Counted from the first letter of the stretch, positions 53,407 to 64,000 are shown. The stretch: DNA of 64,000 nt from an uncultured delta proteobacterium (GCA_963815115.1 CAWFFN010000012.1:448001-512000), one strand, 5' to 3'. Numbers and translations: made by a program. The notes: a model not told the origin generated them from the sequence alone.

Positions 53407-54045
53407 ACGGATCGCAGAGCGACAACCCGCTGGCGGGCATCTCCCAGCTGTTCACCGATCTGATCGACCAAGGCGTGCGCATGGGGTCCGACATCCTCGA
53501 CTCGCTGGGCAGCGGGCCTCTCGGCCAGCTCGCCGGGTCGATGCAGAAGATGCAGATGCCGTCCCCGCCGAAGCGCTGCGGCTGCGACATCCCGCCCCCG
53601 TGCTGGATGCCGAAGCCGCTCGGCGATCTCACCAGCCACGTCTGCCCCGGTGGAGCGGCCACCCTCCGGTTTCTGGTGACGAACTGCGGGCTCACGCCGC
53701 GTGTCGTGCACGTGCAGGCGACCGGCGCCTCGGCTGGCAAGGTGACGATCACGCCGGCCACGGCGACCATCGAGCCGTTCGAGCAGGTCGCCTTCGTGGC
53801 CTCGCTGGCGGTGCCCGCGGACGCGAGCGAGTGCCAGGCGGAGCACGTGCTCCTGTGGGTCCGGGGCTGTCACCTCCACTACCTCCGCTGGGCGGTCGAC
53901 GTCCGCTCGCGGGGCGGCCACGCGTGCCACGAGATCTGCGTCCAGGACTGCCCGGGATCTGGTGCATCACTGGTACGATCACTTCTACTGTCCGCGCCCG
54001 TGTCCGCACGAGCAGCAGCAGACGCCCGGGCGGACCCATGGCTGA
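53403..54045 (+). CDS. Cys/His-rich hypothetical protein with Ig-like domain (1-nt frameshift near 53955)
   Basis: ATGA overlap; CGCDIPPPCW. Removing one G gives DCPDLVHHWYDHFYCPRPC..HG* with a stop overlapping the next gene start. Confidence 0.7.
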
Positions 54046-54625
54046 TCCGGTCGGGCTCGACCAGGCCATGCGCCGGGCCCTCGAGGCCAACGCGCGCTAC
54101 TACGAGGCGCTCGGGCAGGTGACGGCCGACTACCTGAAGAGCCTTCTCGGCGTGCTCGGTGAGCTGCGCCTGCCGGCGCGCTTCGACGTGCAGGGGGCGT
54201 CGCCCGCGGCGCCTGCAGCGCCGCCGGCTCCGGCGCCCGCGATGGTGCTGGAGGCTGCCACCGGGGACGACGCGGCCGGTGCGTTCATGGTCCAGAACCG
54301 CCTGACGCAGAAGGTCGCGGCCCCGGTGGTGGCGTCGGCGTTTCTCGATCCGTCGGGGAACGAGGCGCGGCCCATACTCGCCTTCGATCCCGACGTCGTC
54401 GCGCTCGACCCTGGCGAGCAGATCCTGGTGCGCGTCACGGCCCGTGTCGACGACCGCCTCGAGCCGGGCGTCGCCTATCGCGGCGAGGTGACCATCCCCG
54501 GGCTCTCGGGCGATCGCATCCAGCTCGTGGTCCGCCGCCGTGCCGCCGCCAACGGCGGCGACGGCGCCGCGCCGCCCAGGCGGCGGCGCAAGGGGCACGG
54601 GCGCCGCGCCACGCGCGCGCGCTGA
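54038..54625 (+). CDS. Hypothetical protein, paralog-like to 49453-50013
   Basis: MADPVGLDQAMRRALEANARYY; LDPGEQ..LEPGVAYRG; basic tail. Confidence 0.75.
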   Translation: MADPVGLDQAMRRALEANARYYEALGQVTADYLKSLLGVLGELRLPARFDVQGASPAAPAAPPAPAPAMVLEAATGDDAAGAFMVQNRLTQKVAAPVVASAFLDPSGNEARPILAFDPDVVALDPGEQILVRVTARVDDRLEPGVAYRGEVTIPGLSGDRIQLVVRRRAAANGGDGAAPPRRRRKGHGRRATRAR

Positions 54626-55470
54626 TGGCGCACGCCCCGCCGGGCGACCCGTCCGCGGGCGTCCTCGTCGGCGCCATGTGGTCGTATGCCGCGACCGTGC
54701 TGCAGCCGGCCCAGGCGCTGAAGCGCGCGGGGCTGCTGCCGGGGCTCGGGCGCCAGGGCGATCTTCCCCAGCCGAGCGATCGCCCCGGCCTCGGCCCGCG
54801 CTTCGCTCCCCGACATCCCACGCCCGTGCTGCTCGGCCGCGCCACCGAGCACGACCACCTCGTCGACGAGTTCGACCGCATGGCCGAGGTGTACGAGGCC
54901 TACGTGCAGCCCTTCTCCGGCCCGATCTTCGACGAGGCAATCGTCGAGATGCGCGCCTTCCTGCGCCCCGACTCGCGCGTGCTCGACGCCGGGTGCGGTG
55001 CGGGCCGCGAGCTCAGGCGGGTGGCGCGTCTCGTGCCCGCCGGCGAGGTGGTCGGGATCGATCTCGCGGCCGGAATGGTGCGCGCCGCCCACGGCGCCGC
55101 GCGGGCGTCGGGGCTCGACCACTGCGCCTTCTTCCAGGCCGACGTGGGCGAGTTGCCGGCGGAGTTCACCGGCGCCTTCGACCTGGTCTACAGCTCGCTC
55201 GCGCATCATCACTATCCCGACCCGCCTGCCGCAGCGGCCAGCGTGCTGCGCGTGCTGCGCCCGGGCGGCATCTCCTGCGTCGTCGATCCCGGCCCGGAGT
55301 GGTACACGCGGCTGAGCGCACCCATCGCCCGCTGGGCCGATCCGGGCTGGATTGGCTTCCACACCCCCGAGGCCTTCCAGGCGCTCTTCCGCGACGCGGG
55401 CTTCGCGCGCGCGGGATGGATCGATCTGCTGCCCGGCTTCGGGCTTGCGGTGGGGCAGAAGAGCTTCTGA
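54625..55470 (+). CDS. Class I SAM-dependent methyltransferase
   Basis: VLDAGCGAG, GIDLAAGM, FDLV, LRVLRPGG; TGATG overlap. Confidence 0.9.
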   Translation: MAHAPPGDPSAGVLVGAMWSYAATVLQPAQALKRAGLLPGLGRQGDLPQPSDRPGLGPRFAPRHPTPVLLGRATEHDHLVDEFDRMAEVYEAYVQPFSGPIFDEAIVEMRAFLRPDSRVLDAGCGAGRELRRVARLVPAGEVVGIDLAAGMVRAAHGAARASGLDHCAFFQADVGELPAEFTGAFDLVYSSLAHHHYPDPPAAAASVLRVLRPGGISCVVDPGPEWYTRLSAPIARWADPGWIGFHTPEAFQALFRDAGFARAGWIDLLPGFGLAVGQKSF

Positions 55471-55488
55471 ACGTCCCGGGCGGGCTGC

Positions 55489-56637
55489 TCACGCCAGCCG
55501 GGGCTTCAGGCGCCACCGGATCAGCGCCAGCAGGCCGGCGAAGATGGCGAGGAGCGCGATGCAGGGCACGACGACGTCTGCGAAGCCCGCTCCCCGGGTC
55601 ACCAGCCGGCGAAGCGCGATCTGGTACCAGCGCAGCGGGAGCACGTCGCCGAGGAGGCGCAGCGGCGGCGGCATCAGCTCGTAGGGCAGCATGACGCCCG
55701 AGAGCACGAACGACGGCAGGATGAAGAACACGGTGATGAAGACGGCCTGTGCCGAGGTGCGTGCCAGCGCGGACACCAGGACCCCGATGGCGAGCGAGGC
55801 CAGCATGAAGGGCAGCGTGACGACGAGGAGCCCGAGCCAGCTTCCCTGCGGCCAGAGGCCGAACCCGAGCCCGCAGGCCAGCGTGGTGAAGGCGAGCAGC
55901 GCGTAGCCCACCCCCACCAGGGGCAGCAGCTTGCCGAGCACGATCTCGAGGGTCGTGATGGGAAGCGAGAGCGTCTGCTCGAATGTGCCGCTCTCGCGCT
56001 CGCCCACGATGCCGAGCGAGGACGAGCTCAGGCACAGGTTGGTGAGCAGCATGCCTAGGAGCCCGGCGAGGAAGAAGTTGCGATCCAGAAGGGTCGGGTT
56101 GAACCAGAAGCGCTGCCGCACGTCGATCGGCCCGGCCGCCCTCGCCATCGGGACGATGCCTTCGCGCCGAGGCGGCGCGTCCCCGAGGGAGAAGCCCGTC
56201 GCGACCTGGCTCACGATGCCGGCGACGCGGGCGGCCGTGATCGGGTCGGTTCCATCGAGCAGCAGCTGCACCTGCGGCCTGCCACGCTCGATGTCGCGCG
56301 CGAAGTCCCGCGGGATGACCAGCACCGCCACCGTCGAACCCCGCTGGAGCCTCGCCCGTGCCTCGGTGTAGCTCAGCAGGCGCTCCGGCTGCCGGAAGTA
56401 GCCGGTCGTCTGCATGTCCTCGATCAGACGGCGTGATGCCGCGCTCTCGGTACGGTCGATGATCGCCCAGGGTACGTTGGCGGGCTTGAAGGAGATGCCC
56501 AGCCCGTAGAGCAGGAGGAGCACGATCGGCTGGAACATCACCGAGAGGATGAAGCCCATGTCGTGGCGCAGCACCAGGGTCTGGCGATAGGCCACCGCGA
56601 GCATGTTGGAGACCGCCTGAGTCAGCCGCCCGCTCAT
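55489..56637 (-). CDS. ABC-2 permease (YbhR/S-like)
   Basis: ERESGTFEQ, EIVLGKLLP, periplasmic loop with LLLDGTD. Confidence 0.9.
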   Translation of the reverse strand: MSGRLTQAVSNMLAVAYRQTLVLRHDMGFILSVMFQPIVLLLLYGLGISFKPANVPWAIIDRTESAASRRLIEDMQTTGYFRQPERLLSYTEARARLQRGSTVAVLVIPRDFARDIERGRPQVQLLLDGTDPITAARVAGIVSQVATGFSLGDAPPRREGIVPMARAAGPIDVRQRFWFNPTLLDRNFFLAGLLGMLLTNLCLSSSSLGIVGERESGTFEQTLSLPITTLEIVLGKLLPLVGVGYALLAFTTLACGLGFGLWPQGSWLGLLVVTLPFMLASLAIGVLVSALARTSAQAVFITVFFILPSFVLSGVMLPYELMPPPLRLLGDVLPLRWYQIALRRLVTRGAGFADVVVPCIALLAIFAGLLALIRWRLKPRLA

Positions 56638-57740
56638 TCGCGTGCCTCCAGCGTGCGCAGCGCCAGCACCACCAGCACGGCGGCGAAGAGGCCGAGGATC
56701 AGCAGCTCGGGGAGGAGCGCGAGCGGCCCTTCACCGCGCAGGTAGATGCCGCGGCTGACGCGGATGTAGTGGGTGGCGGGAAACGCGAGGGCGAGCCAGC
56801 GCAGGACGGTGGGCATGTTGCCGATCGGGAACGAGAACCCGCTCAGCTGGACCAGCGGGACGCTGAACAGCACCGTGCGTTGCACGGCCTCGGCGGGAGT
56901 GGTGGAGGTGGCGGAGAAGATGAGACCGAGCGACAGCGAGACGAGCAGGTAGAAGTTCGACACCAGGATGAAGAAGAGGGCACTGCCAGCCGGCCACACG
57001 CCGAACGCGAAGCCGGCGACCAGCATCATCAGCACCACGTCGAGCGCGAAGATCGCCCCCAGCGGCATGAGCTTGCCGAGGAGGATCTCGAGCGCCGTGG
57101 CGGGCGTCACCTGGAGCTGGTCGAAGGTGCCGGCTTGTCGCTCGTTGACGATGGTCACCGCGGTGATGAGCGTGGTGAGGAACGAGAGCACGAAGCCGAA
57201 GACGCCGGCCACCATGTACGGCGTGCCGTCGAGCCGCGGGTTGAAGAGAACGGCGCTGACCACCGAGACGCCCCCCGCCGCGGTCGGCTCGCGCACCAGC
57301 CGCGCGCCGCTCGCGCCGACGAGGCCGCCGAGGGCACCCTCCGCGTTGCCCGCCAGCAGGGCCTCCGCGCCGTCGTAGAGGAGCTGGACCTCCGGCGGTT
57401 CCCGCCGCTGGCGCAGGGTGCGCGAGAAGTCGGGCGGGATGACCAGCGCCGCGCTCACCGTCCCGCCGCGCAGGCCGCGGTCGATCGCGTCGCGGGACGC
57501 GATGGACACGGGCACGAACCACTTGCTGGCGGCGATGTCCGCGACCAGCCGCCGGCTCTCCGGCGAGCCGTCGGCGTCGAGAACCGCCAGGCGCAACCCG
57601 TGCACCTCGGTCGAGAGCGAGAAGCTGAACGCCAGCAGGGCGACGAGCGGCACCGTGATCAGGATCGTCACGGTGAAGGTGTCGCGGAAGGTGGCGCGCA
57701 CCTCGCGGCGGATGAGCGTGAGGAGGCGGCGCGCGCTCAT
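56634..57740 (-). CDS. ABC-2 permease (YbhS/R-like)
   Basis: ERQAGTFDQLQVTP, LSGFSFPIGNMP. Confidence 0.9.
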   Translation of the reverse strand: MSARRLLTLIRREVRATFRDTFTVTILITVPLVALLAFSFSLSTEVHGLRLAVLDADGSPESRRLVADIAASKWFVPVSIASRDAIDRGLRGGTVSAALVIPPDFSRTLRQRREPPEVQLLYDGAEALLAGNAEGALGGLVGASGARLVREPTAAGGVSVVSAVLFNPRLDGTPYMVAGVFGFVLSFLTTLITAVTIVNERQAGTFDQLQVTPATALEILLGKLMPLGAIFALDVVLMMLVAGFAFGVWPAGSALFFILVSNFYLLVSLSLGLIFSATSTTPAEAVQRTVLFSVPLVQLSGFSFPIGNMPTVLRWLALAFPATHYIRVSRGIYLRGEGPLALLPELLILGLFAAVLVVLALRTLEARE

Positions 57741-58668
57741 GCCGGCCGCTCCACGGTCGCGAGCACTCGGCGGAAGACCTCCGTCATCGGGGTCTCCTTG
57801 ATGCGCACGGTGGCGCCCGGAACGGTCCGGGCGATCCCGCCGAGTCGATCGAGCGCGGGGCGGTCAAGCACCCGAAGGGCGAGGGTCACGCCCTCGGGCG
57901 TCTCCGTGACGGCCGCGCCGAGCTCCCCCAGCCGTTCGAGCACCTGCGCGCGAGCTGCCGGCGCGGCCGTGACGTCGATCCGGAAGGCGTCGGACAGACG
58001 GCCCCGCAGGTCGGCCGGCGATGCATCGGCCACGAGTCGTCCGGCGTCGATGAGCGAGACCCAGTCGCAGTAGTCGACCTCCTCGAGGAAGTGGGTGGTG
58101 ACGAAGACGGTGACGCCGGCGGCGGCCTCGTCCTGGATCGCCTCCCAGAAGCGCCCGCGGTTGCGCACGTCGACGCCCGCAGTCGGCTCGTCCAGGAAGA
58201 GGACGCGCGGAGAGTGCAGCATGCTGAGCGCCAGCCCGGCGCGCTGGCGGATCGCGGCCGGCAGGTTCTCGGGACGCTCGTCCTCGGCATCGGCGAGAGC
58301 GAAGCGCTCGCGCAGTTCGCCCCAGCGGCGCTCGAGCGGCTCGCCTTCGAGCCCGAACAGGCCAGCATAGAACTCGACGTTCTCGCGCAGCGAGAGCCCC
58401 TGATACAGGCTCACCTTCTGTCCCATGTAGCCGATGCGGTCGCGCACCCGCCGGGGCCGCTTGATGACGTCGATGCCGTCGACCTCGATCGAGCCGGCGG
58501 TGGGGCGCAGCAGGCCGATCAGCATGCGGATGGTCGTGCTCTTGCCCGAGCCATTGCCGCCCAGGAAGGCGAAGATGCTGCCCGGCTCGACCGCGATGCT
58601 CAGGTCGTCGACGGCGGTGAAATCGCCGAAGCGCTTGGTGAGCCCGGCGGTCCGGATGATCGGATCGC

Positions 58669-58672
<4 letters not shown>
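57737..58672 (-). CDS. ABC transporter ATP-binding protein
   Basis: GGNGSGKST, FLDEPTAGVD, TTH; degenerate signature LPAAIRQR. Confidence 0.92.
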
Positions 58673-59585
<913 letters not shown>

Positions 59586-59589
<4 letters not shown>

Positions 59590-60605
59590 GCGCCGCTCCG
59601 CTCGTCCACCAGGTACACGTTGCCCTCCGTGCCGGGCTGGAAGCGCTCCACGCCCTCGAGGATGCGAACCTTGGCCCGGTACACCTGCCCGAGCCGGTCG
59701 CTGCGCGTCTCGATCTTCTCCGGCGTGAAGTTGGCCGTGTCGGCCACGAAGCTCACCTCGCCGGGCACGCGGCGGCCGGGCTCGCTGTCGAGCTCGATCT
59801 GCACCTTCCGGCCGACGCGGAAGCGGTCGATGTCGGCCACCGGCACGTACACCTGGACGTACTTGTCGGTGGGATCGAGCACCGAGACGATGGAGGTGCC
59901 GGGCTGTGCCAGCTCGCCGGCCCAGATCAGCTGCGTCTGCACGACGGTGGGGACGTCCGGCGACCGGATGGTGAACTTGGTCAGCATCGCCTCGAGCTCG
60001 GTGAGCTGCGCCGCGGTCATGTCGCGCTGCTGCTGCAGGACGTCGCGCTGCTGTCGTGCCAGGCTGATGGTGCGCTCCTCGGCGTCGGCCCGGCCGAGGA
60101 GCTCGCGCGTGCGCTGGAGGGCGCTGCGCGCCTGATCGCGCGCGGCGCGCATGTCGTCGAGCTGCTGGGCGGTGCTCGCGCCCGTACGGACGAGATCCTG
60201 CTCGCGGGCGAAGGTCCGCTCCGCGCGCTCGGCCGTCGCCGCGGCCTCCCGCACCTCCGCCTCGCGGGCGCTGCGGTCGCGCTTCCAGGTGGCGCCGGTG
60301 AGCGTGATCTGCTCCTCCTGCCTCCGGATCTGGGCGTCGATCGAGGCCACCTCGGCGCGCTTAGCCGCCACGCGCGCAGCCACCTCCCGATCGTCGAGCC
60401 TGGCCACGATCGTGCCCGCCGGCACGGTGTCGCCCTCCCGGTACGGGACCTCGAGCACGCGGCCAGTGACCTCGCTGCGGATCACGCGCTCCTCGCCCTC
60501 GACGAAGCCGGTGTAGTGCACCGGGCCGTGATCGGTGCGGAACCACCAGACCGCCGCTCCGACGGCGGCGAGTACGGCGAGGATGATCGGTATCCGCTTG
60601 GACAT
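59586..60605 (-). CDS. HlyD-family membrane fusion protein (YbhG-like)
   Basis: N-terminal TM helix, lipoyl-like GRVLEV..EGD, coiled coil, ANFTPEKIET. Confidence 0.9.
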
Positions 60606-60609
60606 TGCG

Positions 60610-62067
60610 CTACCTCGTAACGGTCGCGAGGGCTTCCAGCGGAAGGCCCATCAGCTCCTGCAGCTCGGCGCGTCGCGTGTGAGCCTGATAGAGGGCGGTG
60701 GCGAGGGTGGCGCGCTGCCGGGTCAGCAGGAGCTGGGCATCGAGGACGTCCTCGCTGGTGGCGCGGCCGGCGTCGAACTGCTGCTGGCGGATACGCAGGT
60801 TCTCCTCGGCCTGGCCGACGGCTCCGCGGGCGGTGTCGAGCGCCGAGAGACGCTCGGCGGCCGCGCGCTGCGTCTCGCGGATCGCGCTCTCCAGCTCGCG
60901 CAGCTCGCGCTCGATGGCGAGGCGGTTGCGATCGGCCTGGATGCGCGCCTCGGCGAGCTGCGCCTCGCGCCGGCCATCGGTGCCGAGGTCCCACGAGAAG
61001 CCGACGAAGGCGGAGCCCAGGCCTTGCGGCTGCAGGATCTTCTCGCTGGTCCAGTCGGCGGCTCCGCCAGCCTCGAAGCGGGGAAGGCGGCTGCGGGCGA
61101 GGGCCGCGGCCGTGTCCTCGAGCCGTTGCTGCTCCTCCAGCAGGGAGAGGAGGACGGGGTTGTTGGCGAAGGCATCGCGTAGCGCGTCCTCGACGGCGGG
61201 AAGCTGGGGACGCTCGCCGACGTCCACCACCGTCGTCGGCGCGTCCACCGGCCGGCCGGTGGCCTCGTTGAGGGCCCAGCGGGCCCGGTCGATGTCGAGC
61301 TCGCGCTGCCGCAGCTCCTGCTCGGCGTCCTGCAGCTTCACCTGCACGACCAGCAGCTCGTTCTTCGTGAGACGGCCGCTGTCGTAGCGCTGCTGGGCGT
61401 TGGCCAGCTGGGTCCTGTCGGTTGCGATGTCCTGCTGCACGACGCCGCGCAGCCGCTGGGCCTCGAGGACGTCGAAGTAGGCGCGGATGACGGCGACCTT
61501 CTGCTCGAGGCTGGTCGCCCAGGCCCGCGCCCGCTCGCCCCGGTACCCGGCCTGCGCCGCCGTGAGCGTCTTCCAGACCTGTCCGGTCACGTCGAGGGGG
61601 ACGGTGGCGGTGCCGTTGACGCGGCCCGACTGCTGCTCGCGGATGACGAAGCTCGGGTTGGTGACCCCGGGAAAGGTGCCCGCCGGCAGCGCCACCGCGT
61701 TGCGCAGCTCCGACGTGTACCAGGTGTAGCGGCCCGACCCCGTCGTCGCCGGCAGCAGCTTGCCGCGGGTATCGCGCACGCGTGCGGCGGCGGCGTCGAC
61801 GCCGTGCTCGGACTCGGCGATGCGCCGATTGCCCGTGGTCGCGAGCGCGAGGGCGTCGGTGAGCGACAGCGGTGTGGTCACGTCCTCGGGCGTCGCCGGG
61901 GGCGCCTCGGGATCGAGCGCCACCGCCGCCGCGGTGGCGCGGCGGGCGAGCTCCTGGTTGCGGCGCTCGGGACTCCACCCGCCGTTGCCCTCGGGACGGG
62001 TCAGGACGTGTGCCGCCCCGCAGGCGCTTGCCAGGACCAGCAGCACGAGCCACGCCTCAGCGCGCAT
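60610..62067 (-). CDS. TolC-family outer membrane efflux lipoprotein
   Basis: Lipobox LASACG; two OEP repeats (AYFDVL.., FDAGRATSEDVLDAQ). Confidence 0.9.
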   Translation of the reverse strand: MRAEAWLVLLVLASACGAAHVLTRPEGNGGWSPERRNQELARRATAAAVALDPEAPPATPEDVTTPLSLTDALALATTGNRRIAESEHGVDAAAARVRDTRGKLLPATTGSGRYTWYTSELRNAVALPAGTFPGVTNPSFVIREQQSGRVNGTATVPLDVTGQVWKTLTAAQAGYRGERARAWATSLEQKVAVIRAYFDVLEAQRLRGVVQQDIATDRTQLANAQQRYDSGRLTKNELLVVQVKLQDAEQELRQRELDIDRARWALNEATGRPVDAPTTVVDVGERPQLPAVEDALRDAFANNPVLLSLLEEQQRLEDTAAALARSRLPRFEAGGAADWTSEKILQPQGLGSAFVGFSWDLGTDGRREAQLAEARIQADRNRLAIERELRELESAIRETQRAAAERLSALDTARGAVGQAEENLRIRQQQFDAGRATSEDVLDAQLLLTRQRATLATALYQAHTRRAELQELMGLPLEALATVTR

Positions 62068-62731
62068 GCCGCTTTCCCTTGGGGCGACGTTCGACGGCCG
62101 CGAGACCGCCGAGGCTGAATTGCGTGACGTGCTCGGCCAGGGCGGCCGTCAGCTCCCGGGTGTAGCCATGCGCGCGCAGGACGCGCAGTACTGCCGGCAT
62201 CGCGAAGCGGTAGAACAGCGCCTGGCCCACGATGCTCATCGCGGAGTACGCGGCCGCCTGGCGCGGGATCCCCGGAGCGAGCCGGGACACCATGGCCTCC
62301 AGCTCGTTCATCGTCGGTCGGATGAACTCCCGGACGATGACGGGCATCGCTTCGCTCGGGTCGGCCATCTCGCGTTGCATCAGGAGGGCGTACGCCCCCT
62401 GGGACGGACCGACGAGACGGTCGAACATCACCTCGATCCGCGTGTGCAGCGCCGCGCGCAGCTGCGGGGGCCGCAGGCGGGCGAGCTCGGCTGGAGGCGG
62501 CGAGGCTCCCCGCTCGCGGAGCTCGGCCTGCAGCTGCTTGAAGTGCGCGCGCAGCACCTCGAGGTAGAGCGCGCGCTTCGAGCCGAAGTGGTAGTTGCCG
62601 GCGGCGAGGTTGACGCCGGCGCGCTGCGCGATCTCGCGCACGGTGGTGCCGTGAAATCCCTGCGCCGCGAAGAGCTCGCTCGCGGCGTCGAGCACCCGCT
62701 GCCGGGTCTGATCGGGGGTGCGGCCGCGCAC
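62057..62731 (-). CDS. TetR family regulator (CecR/YbiH-like)
   Basis: TRQRVLDAASELFAAQGFHGTTVREIAQRAGVNLAAGNYHFGSK; GTG start 62731. Confidence 0.88.
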   Translation of the reverse strand: MRGRTPDQTRQRVLDAASELFAAQGFHGTTVREIAQRAGVNLAAGNYHFGSKRALYLEVLRAHFKQLQAELRERGASPPPAELARLRPPQLRAALHTRIEVMFDRLVGPSQGAYALLMQREMADPSEAMPVIVREFIRPTMNELEAMVSRLAPGIPRQAAAYSAMSIVGQALFYRFAMPAVLRVLRAHGYTRELTAALAEHVTQFSLGGLAAVERRPKGKRHAR

Positions 62732-62742
62732 GAACGAATGTT

Positions 62743-62767
62743 TCAAACAAACGTTCGAGAGAGTCAA
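62743..62767 (-). promoter_or_regulatory. Putative promoter -35 and TetR operator
   Basis: AT-rich patch; TTGACT at 62767-62762 and imperfect palindrome TCAAAC-N4-GTTCGA at 62743-62758, just upstream of the GTG. Confidence 0.5.
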
Positions 62768-62891
62768 GCCGTCGTCGGGTCCAGCATCCGCTGCGGTCAC
62801 TGTGACTAGGCACGTGCCTCTGGTAAGAGACGCGCTCGACGTGGACCTCACACCGCCGCGACGTCGTGCGCACGAGCGGCCAGGCGCGCAC

Positions 62892-63290
62892 ATGAGCGTC
62901 CCTCGGCACGGTCGGAAGCCGCCCGCCCGCCGGAGTGCCGAGCCCCGTCCTTTCTTCCGTCTCGTCTACCGGATCGTCTGCGGGGTGCCGAAGGGCAAGG
63001 TCGTCACCTACGGCCAGGTCGCGAGTCTCGCCGGCCGCCCGCGCGCCGCCCGGGCGGTCGGGATGACGCTGGGCGCGCTGCGGGGTGCCCTGGCAGGCAC
63101 GGTCCCCTGGCATCGCGTCATCGGAGCCGGCGGTCGCTGCACCCACGTCGACAGGCTCTCGGCCGCCGCGCAGCGCGATCTCCTCGAGCGCGAGGGAGTG
63201 CGCTTCGATCGGCACGGCAGGGTCGACCTCCGGCGTGCGCGCTGGAACCCGCGCCGGCGGCCGGTGCCGCGCCCCGGCCGGCGTTCATGA
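62892..63290 (+). CDS. Alkyltransferase-like protein (ATL/YbaZ, MGMT family)
   Basis: VPKGKVVTYGQVA, ARAVG, PWHRV (Trp in place of the catalytic Cys). Confidence 0.9.
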   Translation: MSVPRHGRKPPARRSAEPRPFFRLVYRIVCGVPKGKVVTYGQVASLAGRPRAARAVGMTLGALRGALAGTVPWHRVIGAGGRCTHVDRLSAAAQRDLLEREGVRFDRHGRVDLRRARWNPRRRPVPRPGRRS

Positions 63291-63327
63291 CGCCGGCCGG
63301 AGGGTTTCATCTAGCGGGCCACGATCG

Positions 63328-64000
63328 TCATGGCGCGCAGCCCGGCACGCACTTCATGACGTAGGTATCCTTGTCGGTCGGGGGCTTCGTAGGCTTGAGC
63401 GCCTTCGCAGATGCGGTCACCTTGAATACCCCGGCGCTCTTCTTGCCCTTCTTGCTGACCTTCACGGGAAGGCTGACGTCCTTGAACGCGCCGCACTGCG
63501 CGCCCGTGAGCTGCCCCGGCATGCTCAGCGTGAAGGTCGCGGGGTGCGATTGGAACTTGAGCGTCGCGAGCTCGCTCGGCGGCGTGCAACCAGGAACGGT
63601 CGCACTGTTGATGCAGAGCCGGACCTTCAAGGCGCACACGTTGTTGCATGTGCCGTCCATGTCGCAGGTGGGGTCGCCGTCTGCGCACTCCAGGGTCTTC
63701 GGGTTCTTGAGCGAATGCGTACCCTCGAGGTCCTCAACCACATAGCAGTCGCTCTTCTTGTTCTCGCCGCCAGGAATCACGATGCTGCACGACGCCAGGT
63801 CTGCCACCGTCGTGTGCTGGCATCCCGACCTGGGGTCACAGCTGTCCACGGTGCAGGGATCGCCGTCGTCGCAGTCGAGTGGCGTGCCGGCGGTGCAGAC
63901 GCCAGCGCGACATGTCTCGACACCGTTGCAGATGTTGCCGTCATTGCACGATGCATCCGTGCACTGCGGCGGAGTCGGCGTCGTGGTGGAGGTAGTCGGA
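63328..64000 (-). CDS. Cys-rich, probably secreted protein, C-terminal part (start beyond the window)
   Basis: Frame open to the right edge; Thr/Pro linker, CNDGNICNGVETC, CDDGDPCTVDSC, CADGDPTCDMDG. Confidence 0.8.
   Translation of the reverse strand, partial: PTTSTTTPTPPQCTDASCNDGNICNGVETCRAGVCTAGTPLDCDDGDPCTVDSCDPRSGCQHTTVADLASCSIVIPGGENKKSDCYVVEDLEGTHSLKNPKTLECADGDPTCDMDGTCNNVCALKVRLCINSATVPGCTPPSELATLKFQSHPATFTLSMPGQLTGAQCGAFKDVSLPVKVSKKGKKSAGVFKVTASAKALKPTKPPTDKDTYVMKCVPGCAP

Overview
A GC-rich bacterial chromosomal window with no rRNA, tRNA, CRISPR array or intact mobile element visible. Its Cys-rich secreted proteins suggest a Binatota/Myxococcota-like organism (inference only). In order it contains: (1) a nickel/cobalt cluster at 1-7.7 kb (TonB-dependent receptor, His-rich RAPP-ending leader ORF, nikR, deoxyhypusine-synthase-like gene, 64-aa poly-His protein, ECF sigma/anti-sigma, two Ni/Co transporters, TPR remnant); (2) a sulfate uptake operon at 7.9-13.9 kb (sbp-cysT-cysW-cysA-yezD-like-porin) preceded by an apparent Cys-Cys-Cys leader-peptide attenuator; (3) mixed housekeeping and signalling genes, including selO, an alcohol dehydrogenase, histidine kinases, an ABM/B12-binding/kinase triad, a ClC channel, crcB, a Fur-family regulator, a sigma54 two-component system and hppA; (4) two divergent Cys-rich sulfatase-like paralogs flanking a D-cysteine desulfhydrase-like gene; (5) a tightly coupled 10-gene operon at 48.4-55.5 kb (polyprenyl synthase, CrtC/AttH-like enzyme, SCP2 protein, methyltransferase and six unknowns, four sharing an Ig-like domain); (6) a TetR-regulated YbhGFSR-like ABC efflux operon. 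The best candidates for undescribed biology are the isoprenoid operon, the cysteine attenuator and the RAPP leader. Five single-base frameshifts suggest assembly indel errors. All family assignments come from motif recognition by eye, not database searches.
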